A stretch of 64,000 nucleotides of DNA from assembly GCA_963733195.1 (NCBI GenBank), contig CAVTCR010000022.1:1-64000 (forward strand). The letters are read 5' to 3'. Source of the stretch: an uncultured delta proteobacterium. GTDB taxonomy: Bacteria > Desulfobacterota > Binatia > Bin18. Both the position numbers and the translations under genes were made by a program. Below are positions 1-11,942 of this stretch, piece by piece (within the stretch, counting starts at the first letter, position 1; every line of letters begins with the position of its first letter). Under the pieces are notes generated by a model, which ran no database searches, was not told where the DNA came from, and saw nothing but the letters and a program-made list of their open reading frames with translations.

Positions 1-2231
1 CGCTCTTAGGCATCGAAGATACGACTTCGTCTCTGCCCCAGATGGACGCGCAGATCCGCAGACGGCGGACGTTCGAGTCTCTCAAGAAACTCTTCCTGCG
101 CGAGAGCCTGAACCAGCCCTTGGTCCTGGTCTTTGAAGACTTGCACTGGATCGACAGCGAGACCCAAGGGGTTTCTCGACACCCTCAGTGAGAGCGTGGC
201 GAGTGCCCGCATTCTCCTGCTGGTGAACTACCGCCCGGAGTATCGCCACGAGTGGGGCAGAAGACCTATTACACCCAACTCCGTCTTGCACCGTTTGGTA
301 AGAGCAGAGGCGGAGGAATTTCTCGATGTGTTGCTGGGCTGCCAATGGGCGAAACGTTACATGCAACGTCTCTACACACCCTGAGGCAACTTATTCTGGA
401 GAAGACCGAAGGGACGCCGTTCTTCATGGAAGAAGTGGTGCAGAAGTTGGTGGAGCAAGGGCGTGCTGGTCTGTGACGCGTGGGCACGTACTCGGCAGCT
501 CAGAGCACCCACCGACAGAGCTGCACATTCCTCCCACGGTGCAAGGGGTGTTGGCAGCCCGCATCGACCGCCTCAGCGCCGACGAGAAAGCCTTGCTCCA
601 GCAACTAGCGGTGATCGGGCGTGATTCCCGTTGAGCCTGATTCGCCAGGTTATCACCCAGCCAGAAGAAGACCTTATCGCTTCTTATCCTCTCTACAGCA
701 CAAGGAGTTTCTCTACGAGCAGCCGGCGTTTCCCGAGGTCGATATATCTTTAAGCACGCCCTCACCCAAGAGGTCGCTTACAGCACGGTGCTGCAGGAGC
801 GGCGTAAAGCCATCCATGAACACACGGCGCAAGCGATGGAAGTGCTGTACCGCGACCAATTTAAACGACCATTACAGCGAGCTAGCGCATCACTACAGCC
901 GCAGTGGCAATACGGAGAAAGCCGTCGAGTATCTGCACCTAGCGGGGCGACAGGCCGTGCAACGGTCGGCCAATGTGGAAGCGATCATGCATCTGACCAC
1001 CGCTTTAGAGCTCCTCAACACGGTGCCCGACACCCGCGAGCGCGCCCAACAAGAACTCAGGCTGCACCTCACTCTGGCCATGCCGTTACGGGCCACCAGA
1101 AGCTTTTCCTCACCAGAAGTGAAAGCGACCTATACTCGCGCCCAGGAGCTGTGCCGACAGGTCGGGGAGACCCGCCAGCTCTTCCCGGTCCTTTTTGGGC
1201 TGCGGGTGTTTCATCTTGGTGCGGGGCGAGTTGCTCACGGCGCGCGAGCTGGGGGAGCAACTCCTGGCTTGGCCCAGCGGGAGCAAGACTCGGCCTTGCT
1301 CATGGAAGCATATTGGGCACTGGGCAGCACTTTATTCCATCTGGGTGAGTTCGGCGCGGCCCAGGCCACCTGGCGCAGAGCCTGACCCTGTATGATCCAC
1401 GGCGGCCACCTCTCCCATGTTTCCCTCTACGGCATGGAGCCGGGGGTATTTGGCTTCTCCTCTGCCGCCTTGGTCCTGTGGCATCTGGGCTATCCGGACC
1501 AAGCGCTACAGAAGAGCAGGCCGCGCGAACCCTGGCCCAAGAGCTGACTTATCCCTTTAGCGTGGCCGCCGCCCTGGATTTTTGCTGCCCTGTCGCATCA
1601 GCTCCGCCGGGAAGAGCCCTGACCCAAGAGTGGGCAGAGGCAGCCATCACCCTCGCGCGCGAGCAGGGATTTCCAGTTTGGTTAGGGCAAGGGACTATCC
1701 TGCAGGGCTGGGCGCTGGCCGAACAGGGACAGGTTGAAGAGGGGATTACCCAGATCCGCCAAGGCCTGGCCACCTGCAGGCCATAGGGGCAAGGATATTT
1801 CAGTCCATTATCTTGCCCTGCTGGCCGAGGCGTATGGGAAAGCAGGGCAGGCAGAGGAAGGGCTTGCTGTACTCGCCGAGGCGCTGACGGTGGTGGACAA
1901 AACTGGGGAGCGATTCTACGAGGCGGAGCTGTATCGGCTGAAGGGCGAGCTGACGCTCCAGGTCTAAGCAGCCCAAGGTCTCAAGTCCAAAGTCGAAGAA
2001 GAAGCTGAAGAGTGTTTCCAGAAAGCCATCGAGATTGCCCGCCGGCAGCAAGCGAAGTCGCTGGAACTACGCGCAGCGACGAGCCTCGCCCGTCTCTGGC
2101 AGCAGCAAGGCAAACAAACCGAAGCTCACCAACTGTTGTCCGAGGTCTACAGCTGGTTCACCGAAGGCTTTGACACCAAAGACTTGCAAGAGGCCAAAGC
2201 GCTGCTGGACGAACTAGCGGAGGGCCGCTGA
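1..2231 (+). pseudogene. Class III cyclase-STAND ATPase-TPR protein, copy 1 (5' part outside window; multiple frameshifts)
   Basis: Fragments across frames: LVFEDLHWID (Walker B), [65 protein letters not shown]. The TGA at 2229-2231 overlaps the next ATG. Frameshifts may be sequencing errors. Confidence 0.85.
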
Positions 2232-5200
2232 TGGACCTGTATGCCGTCATCGACCAAGTCGCATCCCTTCTGCAACGCCACGGGCGCGTGAGCTATCGGT
2301 CCATTCAGCTGCAGTTCAGCCTTACCGCGGAGCAGTTGGCAGGCAGTAAGCGAGAGCTGACCGCCGTGCGCGGTCGCGGTCGACAAAGACGGCAAGATGC
2401 TGGTGTGGAAGGGAGACACGGCATCGGCGCGGCACCGAGCGAAGCGCATCGTCTGCGCCCGCCCCTCCTGCCAGTTATACGCCTCCTCATCTAGCCGAGC
2501 GTATTCGCGCCGAGCAAGCGGCGCTGGAAGCGTGCGGCGGTAACTACAGAGGATGAGCGTAAGACCATCACTGCGCTCTTTGCTGATCTCAAAGGCTCGA
2601 CCGCCTTGATCGAAGGGCTCGATCCCGAAGAGGCCCGCGCGATCATCGATCCCGCGTTACAACTCATGATGGATGCCGTGCATCGCTATGAGGGCTATGT
2701 GGCCCAAGCCTTGGGCGATGGCATCTTTGCCCTGTTCGGTGCGCCGATTGCCCATGAAGATCATCCCCAGCGCGCTCTCTATGCCGCGCTGCGCATGCAA
2801 GAGGAGATGCGCCGCTATGCCGATACGCTGCGGCAAAAGGCTATCCGCCACTGCTGATGCGGGTCGGCATAAACACCGGGCGAAGTGGTGCTGCGCTCGA
2901 TTCGCAAAGATGATTTGCATACGGACTATGTCCCAGTTGGACACTCCACCAACCTGGCGGCGCGCATGGAGCAACTGGCCACGCCTGGCTCGATTCTGGT
3001 CACCGAGCTACACCCACAAACTCACGGACGGGTATTTTGCGTTCAAGGATCTAGGGCAGACGCAGATCAAAGGAGTGGAAGAGCCGCTCCACATCTATGA
3101 AGTGCTGGGGTCGGGCCGTTACGCACGCGCCTGCAAGTCGCTGCCCGGCGTGGACTCACGCGGTTTGTCGGGCGGCAGAGCGAACTGGAACAGCTGCAGC
3201 GAGGCGTTAGAGCAAGCGAAAGCCGGACACGGGCAGATCGTGGGGGTGATGGGCGAGCCCGGGTTAGGGAAGTCGCGTTTATTCTACGAGTTCAAGCTCA
3301 CTCCCACAGTGGCTGTCTAGTCCTGGAAGCCTATTCCGTCTCGTACGGCAAAGCGTCGCCCTATCTGCCGGTGATCGAGCTACTCAAGAGTTACTTTCGG
3401 ATTCGAGCCTCAAGAGGATGAGCGGACACGTCGGCAGAAAGTCATTGGCAAAGTGCTTGAGCTTGATCGCAGCCTCGAAGACACCTTGCCCTACTTGTTT
3501 GCCTGCTTGGGGTTGAAGACCAACCCTCGCCGTTGCAGCAGATGGACCCGCAGATTCGGCGCCGACGCACCTTTGAGGCACTCAAGAAGCTGTTCTTCCG
3601 AGAGAGTCTCAATCAACCCCTCATTGCTCATCTTTGAGGACTTGCATTGGATTGATAGTGAGACGCAAGGGTTTCTCGATACGCTGAGTGAGGGTGTCGC
3701 CAGTCGCGCCAAGATCCTGCTCCTAATCAACTATCGCCCGGAGTATCGCCACGAGTGGGGACAGAAGACGTACTATACGCAGCTACGGCTCGCGCCGTTG
3801 GGTAAAGCCGAAGCGGAGGAATTGCTCACCTTCTTGTTAGGCAACGACGCCAGCCTCACTGCCCTGAAGCACCTGATTTTGGAGAAGACGGAAGGGACGC
3901 CGTTTTTCATGGAAGAGGTGGTCCAGACCCTTGCGGAGGAAGGGGCGCTCGTGGGCGAACGCGGGCACTACCGGTTGGAGAGAACGCCGACGGAGCTGCA
4001 CATTTCGCCGACCGTGCAAGGCGTCTTGGCCGCGCGTATTGACCGCCTCGCTCCCGAAGAAAAAGCCTTATTACAACAGCTCGCGGTCATCGGTCGCGAG
4101 TTCCCTGTGAGTCTGGTCCGCCAAGTGATCACCCAACCCGAAGATGAACTGTATCGTCTCCTTGCTTCCCTGCAGCGCAAAGAGTTTCTCTACGAACAGC
4201 CCGCGTTCCCCGAAGTCGAGTACCTATTCAAGCATGCGCTCACCCAAGAGGTCGCCTACAACTCGGTGTTGCAGGAGCGACGAAAACCCTGCACGAACAA
4301 ACCGGGCAGGCGATTGAAGCACTGGACCGGGCCAACTTGGAAGACCACTACAGCGAGTTAGCCCATCACTACAGCGCAGCGGTAACACCCAGAAGGCGAT
4401 GGAGTACCTCGGCCTGGCGGGACAACAAGCCGTGCAGCGCTCGGCCTATGCGGAAGCGATCAGTCACCTGACCACTGCTCTGGAGTTGCTCAAGACCCTG
4501 CCGGACACGCCCGAGCGCGCCCGGCAAGAACTCACGCTGCAAATCGCCCTGGGCGTTCTGCTGCAGGCCACCAAGGGCTATGGGCCTCGGAAGTGGAACA
4601 AGCCTACACCCGGGCTCGGGAGCTGTGTCACAGGTGGGGGAGACGCCTCAGCTCTTCCCGGTGCTGTGGGGACTGTGTAGTTTTATTTCGTGCGGGCGGA
4701 GTACCAGACGGCGCGGGAGTTGGGACAGCAGTGCCTGACGCTTGGCTCACGGGTACAAGACTCTGCCCTCTTGTGGAGGCCCACTTCGCGCTGGGGCTGA
4801 CTTTGCTCTGCTCTTGGAGAGTTTGTCCCGGCCCGCGAGCACTTTGAGCAGGGCATGGCCCTCTACGATGCCCCAGCAGCACCGCGCCCTCGCCTATTCT
4901 GTATGGGCAAGACCCTGGGGTGACCTGCCTGTCGTGTATGTGGCCTTGGCCCTGTGGCATCTGGGCTATCCGGACCAAGCTCTCAAGAGAAGCCACGACG
5001 CGCTCACCCTGGCCCAGGAGCTGTCTCACCCCTTTAGTCTAGCTTATGCCCTGCACTTTGCTGGCATGCTTCCTCAGCTTCGCCGGGAGAGTGCAGGCAG
5101 TCCAGGAGCGGGCCGAGGCAATGATACACTGTGTACCGAGCAGGGGTTTTCGTACTGGTTGGCGTATGGGACTATCCTGTGGGGCTGGGCGCTGGCCGAG

Positions 5201-5696
5201 CAGGGACAGAGAGAAGAGGGGATTGCGCAGATGCGCCAGGGCTTGGCCGCCCTCGGGCCACAGGGGCAGAGCTAGCACGGCCGTATTATCTTGCTCTGCT
5301 GGCCGAGGCGTATGGGAAAGCGGGGCAGGCAGAGGAAGGGCTGGCCGCACTGGCCGAGGCGCTGGCGACGATGGACAAAACTGGAGAGCGGTTGGTACGA
5401 GGCGGAGCTTATCGGCTGAAAGGCGAGCTGACGCTGCAGTCTGAGAGCGAGCCCCGGACTCCTGCACCGCAGAAGCAGAAGCCTGTTTCCAGCAGGCTCT
5501 TGGAGTTGCCCGCCATCAAGCAAGCTAAATCGCTCGAACTCCGCGCCGCCACGAGCCTCGCCCGCCTGTGGCAGCAGCAAGGCAAGACAAGCAGAAGCTC
5601 ACCACATGTTATCCACAGATCTATGATTGGTTCACCGAAGGGTTTGACACGAAGGATTTGCAAGAGGCGAAAGCGTTGTTGGAGGCATTACACTGA
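2231..5696 (+). pseudogene. Class III cyclase-STAND ATPase-TPR protein, copy 2 (frameshifted)
   Basis: N-terminal MDLYAVIDQVASLLQRHGRVSY; cyclase motifs LFADLKGST, AQALGDG, GHSTNLAARME; Walker A GEPGLGKS; Walker B FEDLHWID; C-terminal TPR region ending [17 protein letters not shown]. Confidence 0.85.
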
Positions 5697-6066
5697 AGTA
5701 AAAACCATCATCCAGGAGCATCGCTGTCTGATGCTATTTCCACACCATTTGGGAAGACCTCAGATGATGAGGCAACAACATTGTCGATACTCTTCAGTAT
5801 GACTAAAGCCTCGCTCGCTGTCGGGCGCTTCTTTGGGTCGCGGTAGGTACACTGCTGTATCAGCCGCGCCAGTGGTTCGGATACATTCTGTACTTCTCTA
5901 CGCAGGTCAAGCCCTCAAGCGCTTCGGAGCAAGGAGAACGCCTGCTCTTTAGTAGTCGGGCGGGAATCTTCCGCTGCGTGTTTGCCTCCTGCGATACTCT
6001 TATGCCTTGACCCTCTAGGCGTTTCGGCTTATCGTGCCCGCGAAAATATCGACCAAAAGGGCGCGT

Positions 6067-8448
6067 ATGGCCTATATTGGCAAAGCCGTTCCCGGCAAGC
6101 TTGATGGCGTTCTTGTGGCAGGAAAAGGGCAGTACACTGCTGACGTTTCCCTGCCCGGAATGGGCTTCATGACAATCCTGCGGAGCCCTTTTGCGCATGC
6201 GAAAATCACGTCTATCGATGTCGATGCCGCGCGGCGGTTCCCCGGGGTGCGTATTGTTGTCACCGGAAAGGACATTCTCAAATATACGATTCCTATCCCG
6301 CAAACTCTTGATCCCCGCGGCTTTGGCGGCAACGGCACTGAGGTCTATTGTCTGGCGATCGATGAGGTGAAGTATGTTGGTGAACCAGTCGCTGCCGTGG
6401 TCGCTGATGATCGTTACGTTGCGGCTGAAGCGCTGGATCTCATCCAGGTAGAATACGATGACCTGCCGGTGGTCGTGGACGCTGAGAAAGCGTTGGAGCC
6501 CAACTCCCCGCTTGTCTATCCCCAGTGGAAGACAAACCAAATGTTACACGTCCACTTTCAAGGTGGGGACGTGTCAGGGGCCTTTGCTCGCGCTGCACAT
6601 ACACTGAAAGGAACGCTCCGCATCCATCGTCATACCGGCAATCCGATGGAGCCGCGAGCCTGTGTGGCTACACTCGACACGGCACTTGGCTATCTTACGC
6701 TGTGGACCTCAACCCAGACGCCGCACATGCTACGCACGGTGATCGCCCAGACTCTCAAGATGTCGGAAGAAGAAGTGCGTGTGATTCAACCAAATGTCGG
6801 CGGCGCGTTTGGCATCAAGATTGCCACCCATCCTGAAGACCCTTTGATCTGTTTATTAGCAAAACTGACTGGTAGGCCGGTGAAATGGATCGAGGAGCGA
6901 ACCGAGCATTTACAGGTCGCCGGGCATGCTCGTGACCAGGTTCATCATTATGAAGTGGCCTTTGAGAATGACGGTACGGTCATTGGCTTCAAGGATCGCA
7001 TTATTGCAGACAACGGTGTCGTAGCAGCTATCTGCGGTTGGGGTATGCCGTTTGTTACGACGTTTACCCTCCCGGCTTGCTATAAGATTCCTAACTGTGA
7101 GACCGATCTCTCGATTGTCGTGACGAACAAAGGTTCGCTCAACGCGTATCGCGGCTTTGGTAAAGAGTGTTCTTCGTTTGTCATGGATCGGGTGATGGAT
7201 GCGGTGGCGCGACGACTCAATATGGATCGCGCGGAAGTACGACGGAAAAACTTCATCTCTCCAGACGAATTTCCCTATGAACAAATCTCCGGCATGCGTG
7301 CCGATAGTGGCAATTATGCCGGTGCGTTAAATACGGCGCTGGAAAAGATTGGCTACGCAGAATTTCGCAAGCAACAAGAAGAGGCGCGTAAGCAAGGCCG
7401 CTATCTCGGTCTGGGGATCGGCTTTGAGTTGACCCCGGAAGGCGGCTGCATTCCGGATAGTTTCATCACTGCCTATGACAGTGCTACGGTACGCATGAGT
7501 CCAACCGGAACGGTAACGGTGCTGACTGGCGTGACCTCGCCTGGTGGAGGAAACGAAACCGGGATCGCGCAGATTGTTGCTGATCGCCTAGGTGTTGTGC
7601 TGGAGAACGTGAAAGTCCTCCAAGGCGATACGCTTGTCTCTCCCTATGGCATGGGCAACTGGAGTTCGCGTAGCCTGACAGTCGGTGGCAGTGCCTCGTT
7701 TATTGCTGCCGGTGATGTTCGCGATAAGTTGCTGAAGGTGGCAGGCAATATGCTGGAGACGGCGCCAGACGACCTCGATCTGGCGGATGGCAAAGTGTTC
7801 ATCAAGCAAGCGCCACAGCGTTCGATTGCGATCGCCGATGTCTGCCGCGTGATTTATCGTCAAGCCTTTACGCGTCCTGTTTTAGGTATCGAACCCGGTC
7901 TGGAATCTACGCGTTACTACCGTATGGGCAACGTCAATCACATTCCAGACGATCAAGGCCGCATTAATGCATACCCGACCTATCCCTATGCCGCGGGAAT
8001 TGTGATTGTCGAAGTAGATGTCGAGACGGGAATGATTACGCCGTTGCGCTATGTCCTGTGTCATGACTCCGGTAAGATTATTAATCCCTTGTTAGTTGAA
8101 GGGCAGGTAATTGGCGGTACCGTGCAAGGAATTGGCGGTGTGATGTTCGAGGAGTTGGCCTACGACGAAAATGGCCAACTGCTGACTGGCACGTTCATGG
8201 ACTACACTATGCCGACGGCGAAAGAAGTGCCGCCGATCGAGGTCTATCATCAAGAGACTCCGAGTCCGTTTACTGCGTTGGGGACCAAAGGGGTAGGGGA
8301 GTCGGCGATTTCTGCGCCCTACGGTGCGTTTCTCAGTGCGGTCGAAGATGCCCTCGCGCCGTTCGGGGTGCAGATCAATGAAACGCCGCTGACACCTAAC
8401 CGTGTATGGCGGTCGATTCAAGAAGCCAAGGCGAGGAAAGCGGCATGA
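6067..8448 (+). CDS. Xanthine dehydrogenase family molybdopterin-binding large subunit (CoxL/CutL-like, not form I CODH)
   Basis: ~793-aa intact ORF with GGAFG, active-site loop AYRGFG, VEGQVIGG, DYTMPTA and KGVGES. ATG at 6067 preferred over GTG at 6034. Confidence 0.92.
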   Translation: MAYIGKAVPGKLDGVLVAGKGQYTADVSLPGMGFMTILRSPFAHAKITSIDVDAARRFPGVRIVVTGKDILKYTIPIPQTLDPRGFGGNGTEVYCLAIDEVKYVGEPVAAVVADDRYVAAEALDLIQVEYDDLPVVVDAEKALEPNSPLVYPQWKTNQMLHVHFQGGDVSGAFARAAHTLKGTLRIHRHTGNPMEPRACVATLDTALGYLTLWTSTQTPHMLRTVIAQTLKMSEEEVRVIQPNVGGAFGIKIATHPEDPLICLLAKLTGRPVKWIEERTEHLQVAGHARDQVHHYEVAFENDGTVIGFKDRIIADNGVVAAICGWGMPFVTTFTLPACYKIPNCETDLSIVVTNKGSLNAYRGFGKECSSFVMDRVMDAVARRLNMDRAEVRRKNFISPDEFPYEQISGMRADSGNYAGALNTALEKIGYAEFRKQQEEARKQGRYLGLGIGFELTPEGGCIPDSFITAYDSATVRMSPTGTVTVLTGVTSPGGGNETGIAQIVADRLGVVLENVKVLQGDTLVSPYGMGNWSSRSLTVGGSASFIAAGDVRDKLLKVAGNMLETAPDDLDLADGKVFIKQAPQRSIAIADVCRVIYRQAFTRPVLGIEPGLESTRYYRMGNVNHIPDDQGRINAYPTYPYAAGIVIVEVDVETGMITPLRYVLCHDSGKIINPLLVEGQVIGGTVQGIGGVMFEELAYDENGQLLTGTFMDYTMPTAKEVPPIEVYHQETPSPFTALGTKGVGESAISAPYGAFLSAVEDALAPFGVQINETPLTPNRVWRSIQEAKARKAA

Positions 8449-9317
8449 TCCGTCAGCCGTTTTCCTTTCATGCGCCACAGAGCGTGGCTGAAGCCGTTCG
8501 TCTGTTGTCTGAGCTTGGTGATGATGCCAAGGTGTTAGCTGGGGGTCAATCCCTCGTGCCAGCGATGAATCTCGGTGTCGTTGCTCCTCAACATATTGTG
8601 AGCTTGAATCGTCTACGCTCGACGTTGTCGTATGTCCGGGAAGAAGGGAATGAAATTGCGATTGGCGCACTGACCACACATCAGGTGCTCGCGACCTCGT
8701 CTGTCCTCCAGCAACATTGTCGACTGCTCGCCGAAGCAGCCGCGGACATCGGCGACGTGCAGATTCGTCATCGCGGGACGATTGGTGGAAGCATCTCACA
8801 TTTTGATCCAGCCGCAGACTATCCGCCGGTGTGTTTGGTTCTGGGTGCGAAGTTTCGACTTACTGGTCCGACCGGTGAACGTATTGTCTCAGCGGAAGAG
8901 TTTTTTGTTGGTTATTTGACAACTGCACTTAACTCGCACGAAATTGTGACTGAAATCCGTGTTCCTGTGCTGCCTACTGGGACCGGCTCAGCCTATGCTA
9001 AACACCGACGTATTGAAGGCGGCTTTGCGATTGTTGGCGCGGCGGCGATCGTGGAACTCAACAATAACATCTGTCAGCGGATTTCAGTGGCAGTGAGCGG
9101 AGGAGCAACAATACCATTCCGCATTCCTAATCTTGAAGGGTACTGTCGCGGGAAGCAGATGGATGAAAGTCTCATCGTCGAAGTAGCTGAAACTGCGTAC
9201 AATGCGGCGGAAGATCCGACCAACGAGTTGCATGCCAATGCTGAGTATAAACGAGAGATGGTTCGAGTGTTTACCAAGCGGGCGGTGAAGGCGGCGGTGG
9301 AGAGGGTGGCAAAATGA
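8445..9317 (+). CDS. Mo-hydroxylase FAD-binding medium subunit (CoxM-like)
   Basis: AKVLAGGQSL, QIRHRGTIGG and DPAADYP motifs; ATGA overlap with the large subunit. Confidence 0.92.
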   Translation: MIRQPFSFHAPQSVAEAVRLLSELGDDAKVLAGGQSLVPAMNLGVVAPQHIVSLNRLRSTLSYVREEGNEIAIGALTTHQVLATSSVLQQHCRLLAEAAADIGDVQIRHRGTIGGSISHFDPAADYPPVCLVLGAKFRLTGPTGERIVSAEEFFVGYLTTALNSHEIVTEIRVPVLPTGTGSAYAKHRRIEGGFAIVGAAAIVELNNNICQRISVAVSGGATIPFRIPNLEGYCRGKQMDESLIVEVAETAYNAAEDPTNELHANAEYKREMVRVFTKRAVKAAVERVAK

Positions 9318-9331
9318 TGTTGCCGTATCTT

Positions 9332-9460
9332 GGCGGGCACAGCCCGCCCTACGTGCCTTCCTCAGTTGCAAAGTCGCCCTGCGCTGCGCGCGGCCCCGTT
9401 TTAGAAAAGGGGGCTAAATTTGGGTGCTCTCCTTTGAAAAAGGAGGGAGAGGGAGGATCT
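9332..9460. repeat. REP-like palindrome cluster between medium and small subunit genes
   Basis: ggcgggcacagcccgccctacg (GTAG-type; related copies near 31440, 31574, 46740, 46791, 49487) plus ccccgttttagaaaagggg and ctcctttgaaaaaggag hairpins. Confidence 0.7.
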
Positions 9461-9495
9461 TTTCCGTCGTATGGAGTGATTAAGGAGACCTCACA

Positions 9496-9969
9496 GTGAG
9501 AACCACAATCCATCTAACCGTCAACAACACCCCACGCCAAGCCGAGATCGACACGCGCACACTGCTAGTCGATTTTCTTCGTGATCACTTGAACCTTACC
9601 GGGACGCACGTCGGCTGTCTTACTGGAAACTGCGGCGCGTGCACGGTGATTCTTGATGACTTGACGGTGAAGTCGTGTACTATCCTTGCCGCTGACGCCG
9701 AAGGCTGTAACGTGATGACTATCGAGGGGTTGACTCCACAAGGGGATGAGAAACTGCATCCGCTGCAACAATCGTTTGTTGACCACCATGCATTGCAATG
9801 CGGCTATTGTACGCCGGGTATGGTGCTGTCGGCATATAAGCTTCTGCAAGAGCATCCCAATCCAAATGAGACGACCATTCGTCACAACATCGCGGGCAAT
9901 CTCTGTCGCTGTACTGGGTATCAACACATCATCGAGGCGATCAAAGCCGCGGCGTCGGTCACGAAATAG
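9496..9969 (+). CDS. Mo-hydroxylase 2x[2Fe-2S] small subunit (CoxS-like)
   Basis: GCLTGNCGACTV, QCGYCTPG and GNLCRCTGY motifs; RBS aaggag. Confidence 0.94.
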   Translation: MRTTIHLTVNNTPRQAEIDTRTLLVDFLRDHLNLTGTHVGCLTGNCGACTVILDDLTVKSCTILAADAEGCNVMTIEGLTPQGDEKLHPLQQSFVDHHALQCGYCTPGMVLSAYKLLQEHPNPNETTIRHNIAGNLCRCTGYQHIIEAIKAAASVTK

Positions 9970-9986
9970 GAGCGAAATAGCAAACG

Positions 9987-11189
9987 ATGGGTATTGCAAC
10001 AGCCGGACCGTTACACGGTATTAGGGTGATTGAAACCGGGGTTCTTCTTGCTGGTCCGTTTTGCGCTCGCTTGCTGGGTGACTTCGGAGCAGAGGTCATT
10101 AAGATTGAAGCGCCGGGTGAAGGTGACCCGATGCGCACTACTGGGCAGGCGCTGGAAGACGGCAAAAGCCTATGGTGGCCAAGTATCTCACGTAACAAGA
10201 AGTGTATAACGTTAAATCTGCGAGTTCCTGAAGGTCAGGAGATTCTACGGAAGCTGATTGCTGAGGCCGATGTACTGATTGAGAACTTTCGTCCGGGCAC
10301 ATTTGAAGGGTGGGGGTTGGGGTACGATGCTCTGAAGCAAATCAATCCTAGGCTCGTGTTTGTTCGTGTCTCTGGGTATGGGCAAACTGGACCGTATAGC
10401 CACAAACCAGGTTTCGCCGCGGTTGCTGAGGCTTTTGGCGGGCTGCGCCACTTGGTCGGATTTCCTGATCGTGCACCGTGTCGAGTCGGTATTAGCCTTG
10501 GGGATTCACTGGCCGGGATGTTCTCCGCGTACGGTGTGATGATGGCATTATACAATCGTGATGTGCACGGAGGCCAAGGGCAGGTGATCGACACCGCGCT
10601 CTACGAAAGTGTATTTGCTCTGCTAGAAGGGACACTGACTGAGTATGATCGCACCGGCTTTATCCGTACACGCACCGGAACAACACTCCCGGGGTTTGCG
10701 CCATCGAATCTCTATCCTTGTAAGGGTGGACAATGGATCATTATTGCCGCCAACACCGACGGTTTGTTTCGCCGCTTATGCACGTTGATGCAACGAGAAG
10801 AGTTAGCGAGCGATCCACGCTTTGCGCGTCAGATTGTCCGGGGGCAGAATCGTGAGGCGATTGATGAGATTGTTGCGGCGTGGACTGCTGGGCAAGAACT
10901 CGACGTGCTGTTGTCGCGGCTCGACACGGCAACGATTCCGGCGGGGCCGGTGTATTCGATTGCGGACATTGTAAAAGATTCCCAGTTCCACGCGCGAGAT
11001 ATGTTGCTCTCGGTGCATGATCGTCTCCTTGGCGAGATTCGCATGCCAGGGATTGTGCCGAAACTGAGTGACACACCCGGGCAGGTGCTTTTCACTGGTC
11101 CAGAATTAGGTGAGCATAATCTCGAAGTCTATGGTAGCGTGCTGGGACTTCGTGCGGACGAGATTGAGATGTTGGCGCACGGGGAGTGA
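9987..11189 (+). CDS. CaiB/BaiF family III CoA-transferase
   Basis: AGPFCARLLGDFGAEVIKIE, ENFRPG and SGYGQTGP; catalytic Asp in SLGDSLAG. Confidence 0.92.
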   Translation: MGIATAGPLHGIRVIETGVLLAGPFCARLLGDFGAEVIKIEAPGEGDPMRTTGQALEDGKSLWWPSISRNKKCITLNLRVPEGQEILRKLIAEADVLIENFRPGTFEGWGLGYDALKQINPRLVFVRVSGYGQTGPYSHKPGFAAVAEAFGGLRHLVGFPDRAPCRVGISLGDSLAGMFSAYGVMMALYNRDVHGGQGQVIDTALYESVFALLEGTLTEYDRTGFIRTRTGTTLPGFAPSNLYPCKGGQWIIIAANTDGLFRRLCTLMQREELASDPRFARQIVRGQNREAIDEIVAAWTAGQELDVLLSRLDTATIPAGPVYSIADIVKDSQFHARDMLLSVHDRLLGEIRMPGIVPKLSDTPGQVLFTGPELGEHNLEVYGSVLGLRADEIEMLAHGE

Positions 11190-11259
11190 TCTGATCATAA
11201 GATGCTGAATGCAGAATGATGAATTGAGAACAAATAGCCTGATAGAAAATGAGTGAGAC

Positions 11260-11336
11260 CTGTCATTGCGAGGGCCGTCGGCGACGAAGCCATCTTGGCA
11301 GGAAAAGAGATTGCTGCGCTTTGCGCGCGATGACAT
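11260..11336. repeat. REP-like element (GTCATTGCGAG / GAGATTGCTTCG...CGCAATGAC family)
   Basis: Facing tgtcattgcgag...gcgcgatgaca arms; related copies near 11866-11897, 16425-16458, 24430-24592 and 54316-54351. Confidence 0.65.
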
Positions 11337-11341
11337 GGTCG

Positions 11342-11850
11342 TTAGGGTGCGCGATTTGGCCCGGTTGGTGGCCGGGCGCGGGAGAAATTATCACTATGAG
11401 TCCTGCTACGATCCAACGGATTTTGGCGGAGTTGGCCACAAACCTCATCGTTTGCGCTACTTCTTGACCCGCACTGAGCGCGTTGTTTGAGGAGAAGATG
11501 GCCGAGATTATTGACCTGTATCTGCATCCACTCCGAGGCTGTCGGGTCCTGTGTCTGGATGAGAAGACCCACAAGCAAGCTCTGGAGCGCTTGCACCTGA
11601 CGTTGCCCTTGCGCGCCGGCTTGGTGGAGCGCCAGGAGTTTGAGTATCTCGGCCATGGGGTTGGTCGATCTCTTTGCCGCCTTTGATGTCGGTACGGGGA
11701 AAGTCTTCGCGTAGCGCTATCAGCGCCATACCAATCTGGAGTTTCGCCGCTTCTTGCACGCACTGCGCGCTCGGCGACCCCGACAGTCGGTGGCATCTGA
11801 TTGTGGACAATGCAGGCTATCATAAGAAACAAGCGGTGTTGGACTGGTGA
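11342..11850 (+). mobile_element. IS630-family transposase remnant
   Basis: Fragments MSPATIQRILAEL...KPHR, FEEKMAEIIDLYLHP...VLCLDEKT, EFEY and HLIVDNAGYHK (DDE); stops, frameshifts and both ends truncated. Confidence 0.8.
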
Positions 11851-11942
11851 CAATCCTTGCTGTAAAAGAGATTGCTTCGCTTTACTCGCAATGACATAGA
11901 CAGTTGGTCACTAATTATGATGATAGGAGGAGGCAAAAAAGC

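Noticed and set aside
1-5696. Diversity-generating retroelement acting on the TPR paralogs
   Set aside because: No reverse transcriptase in the window, and differences are not visibly adenine-specific.
9314-9499. 61-aa ORF between the medium and small subunits
   Set aside because: Made up of REP palindromes.
6067-9969. Aerobic CO dehydrogenase (coxMSL)
   Set aside because: Lacks the AYxCSFR Cu-binding loop, the order is L-M-S, and no coxDEFG genes are present.
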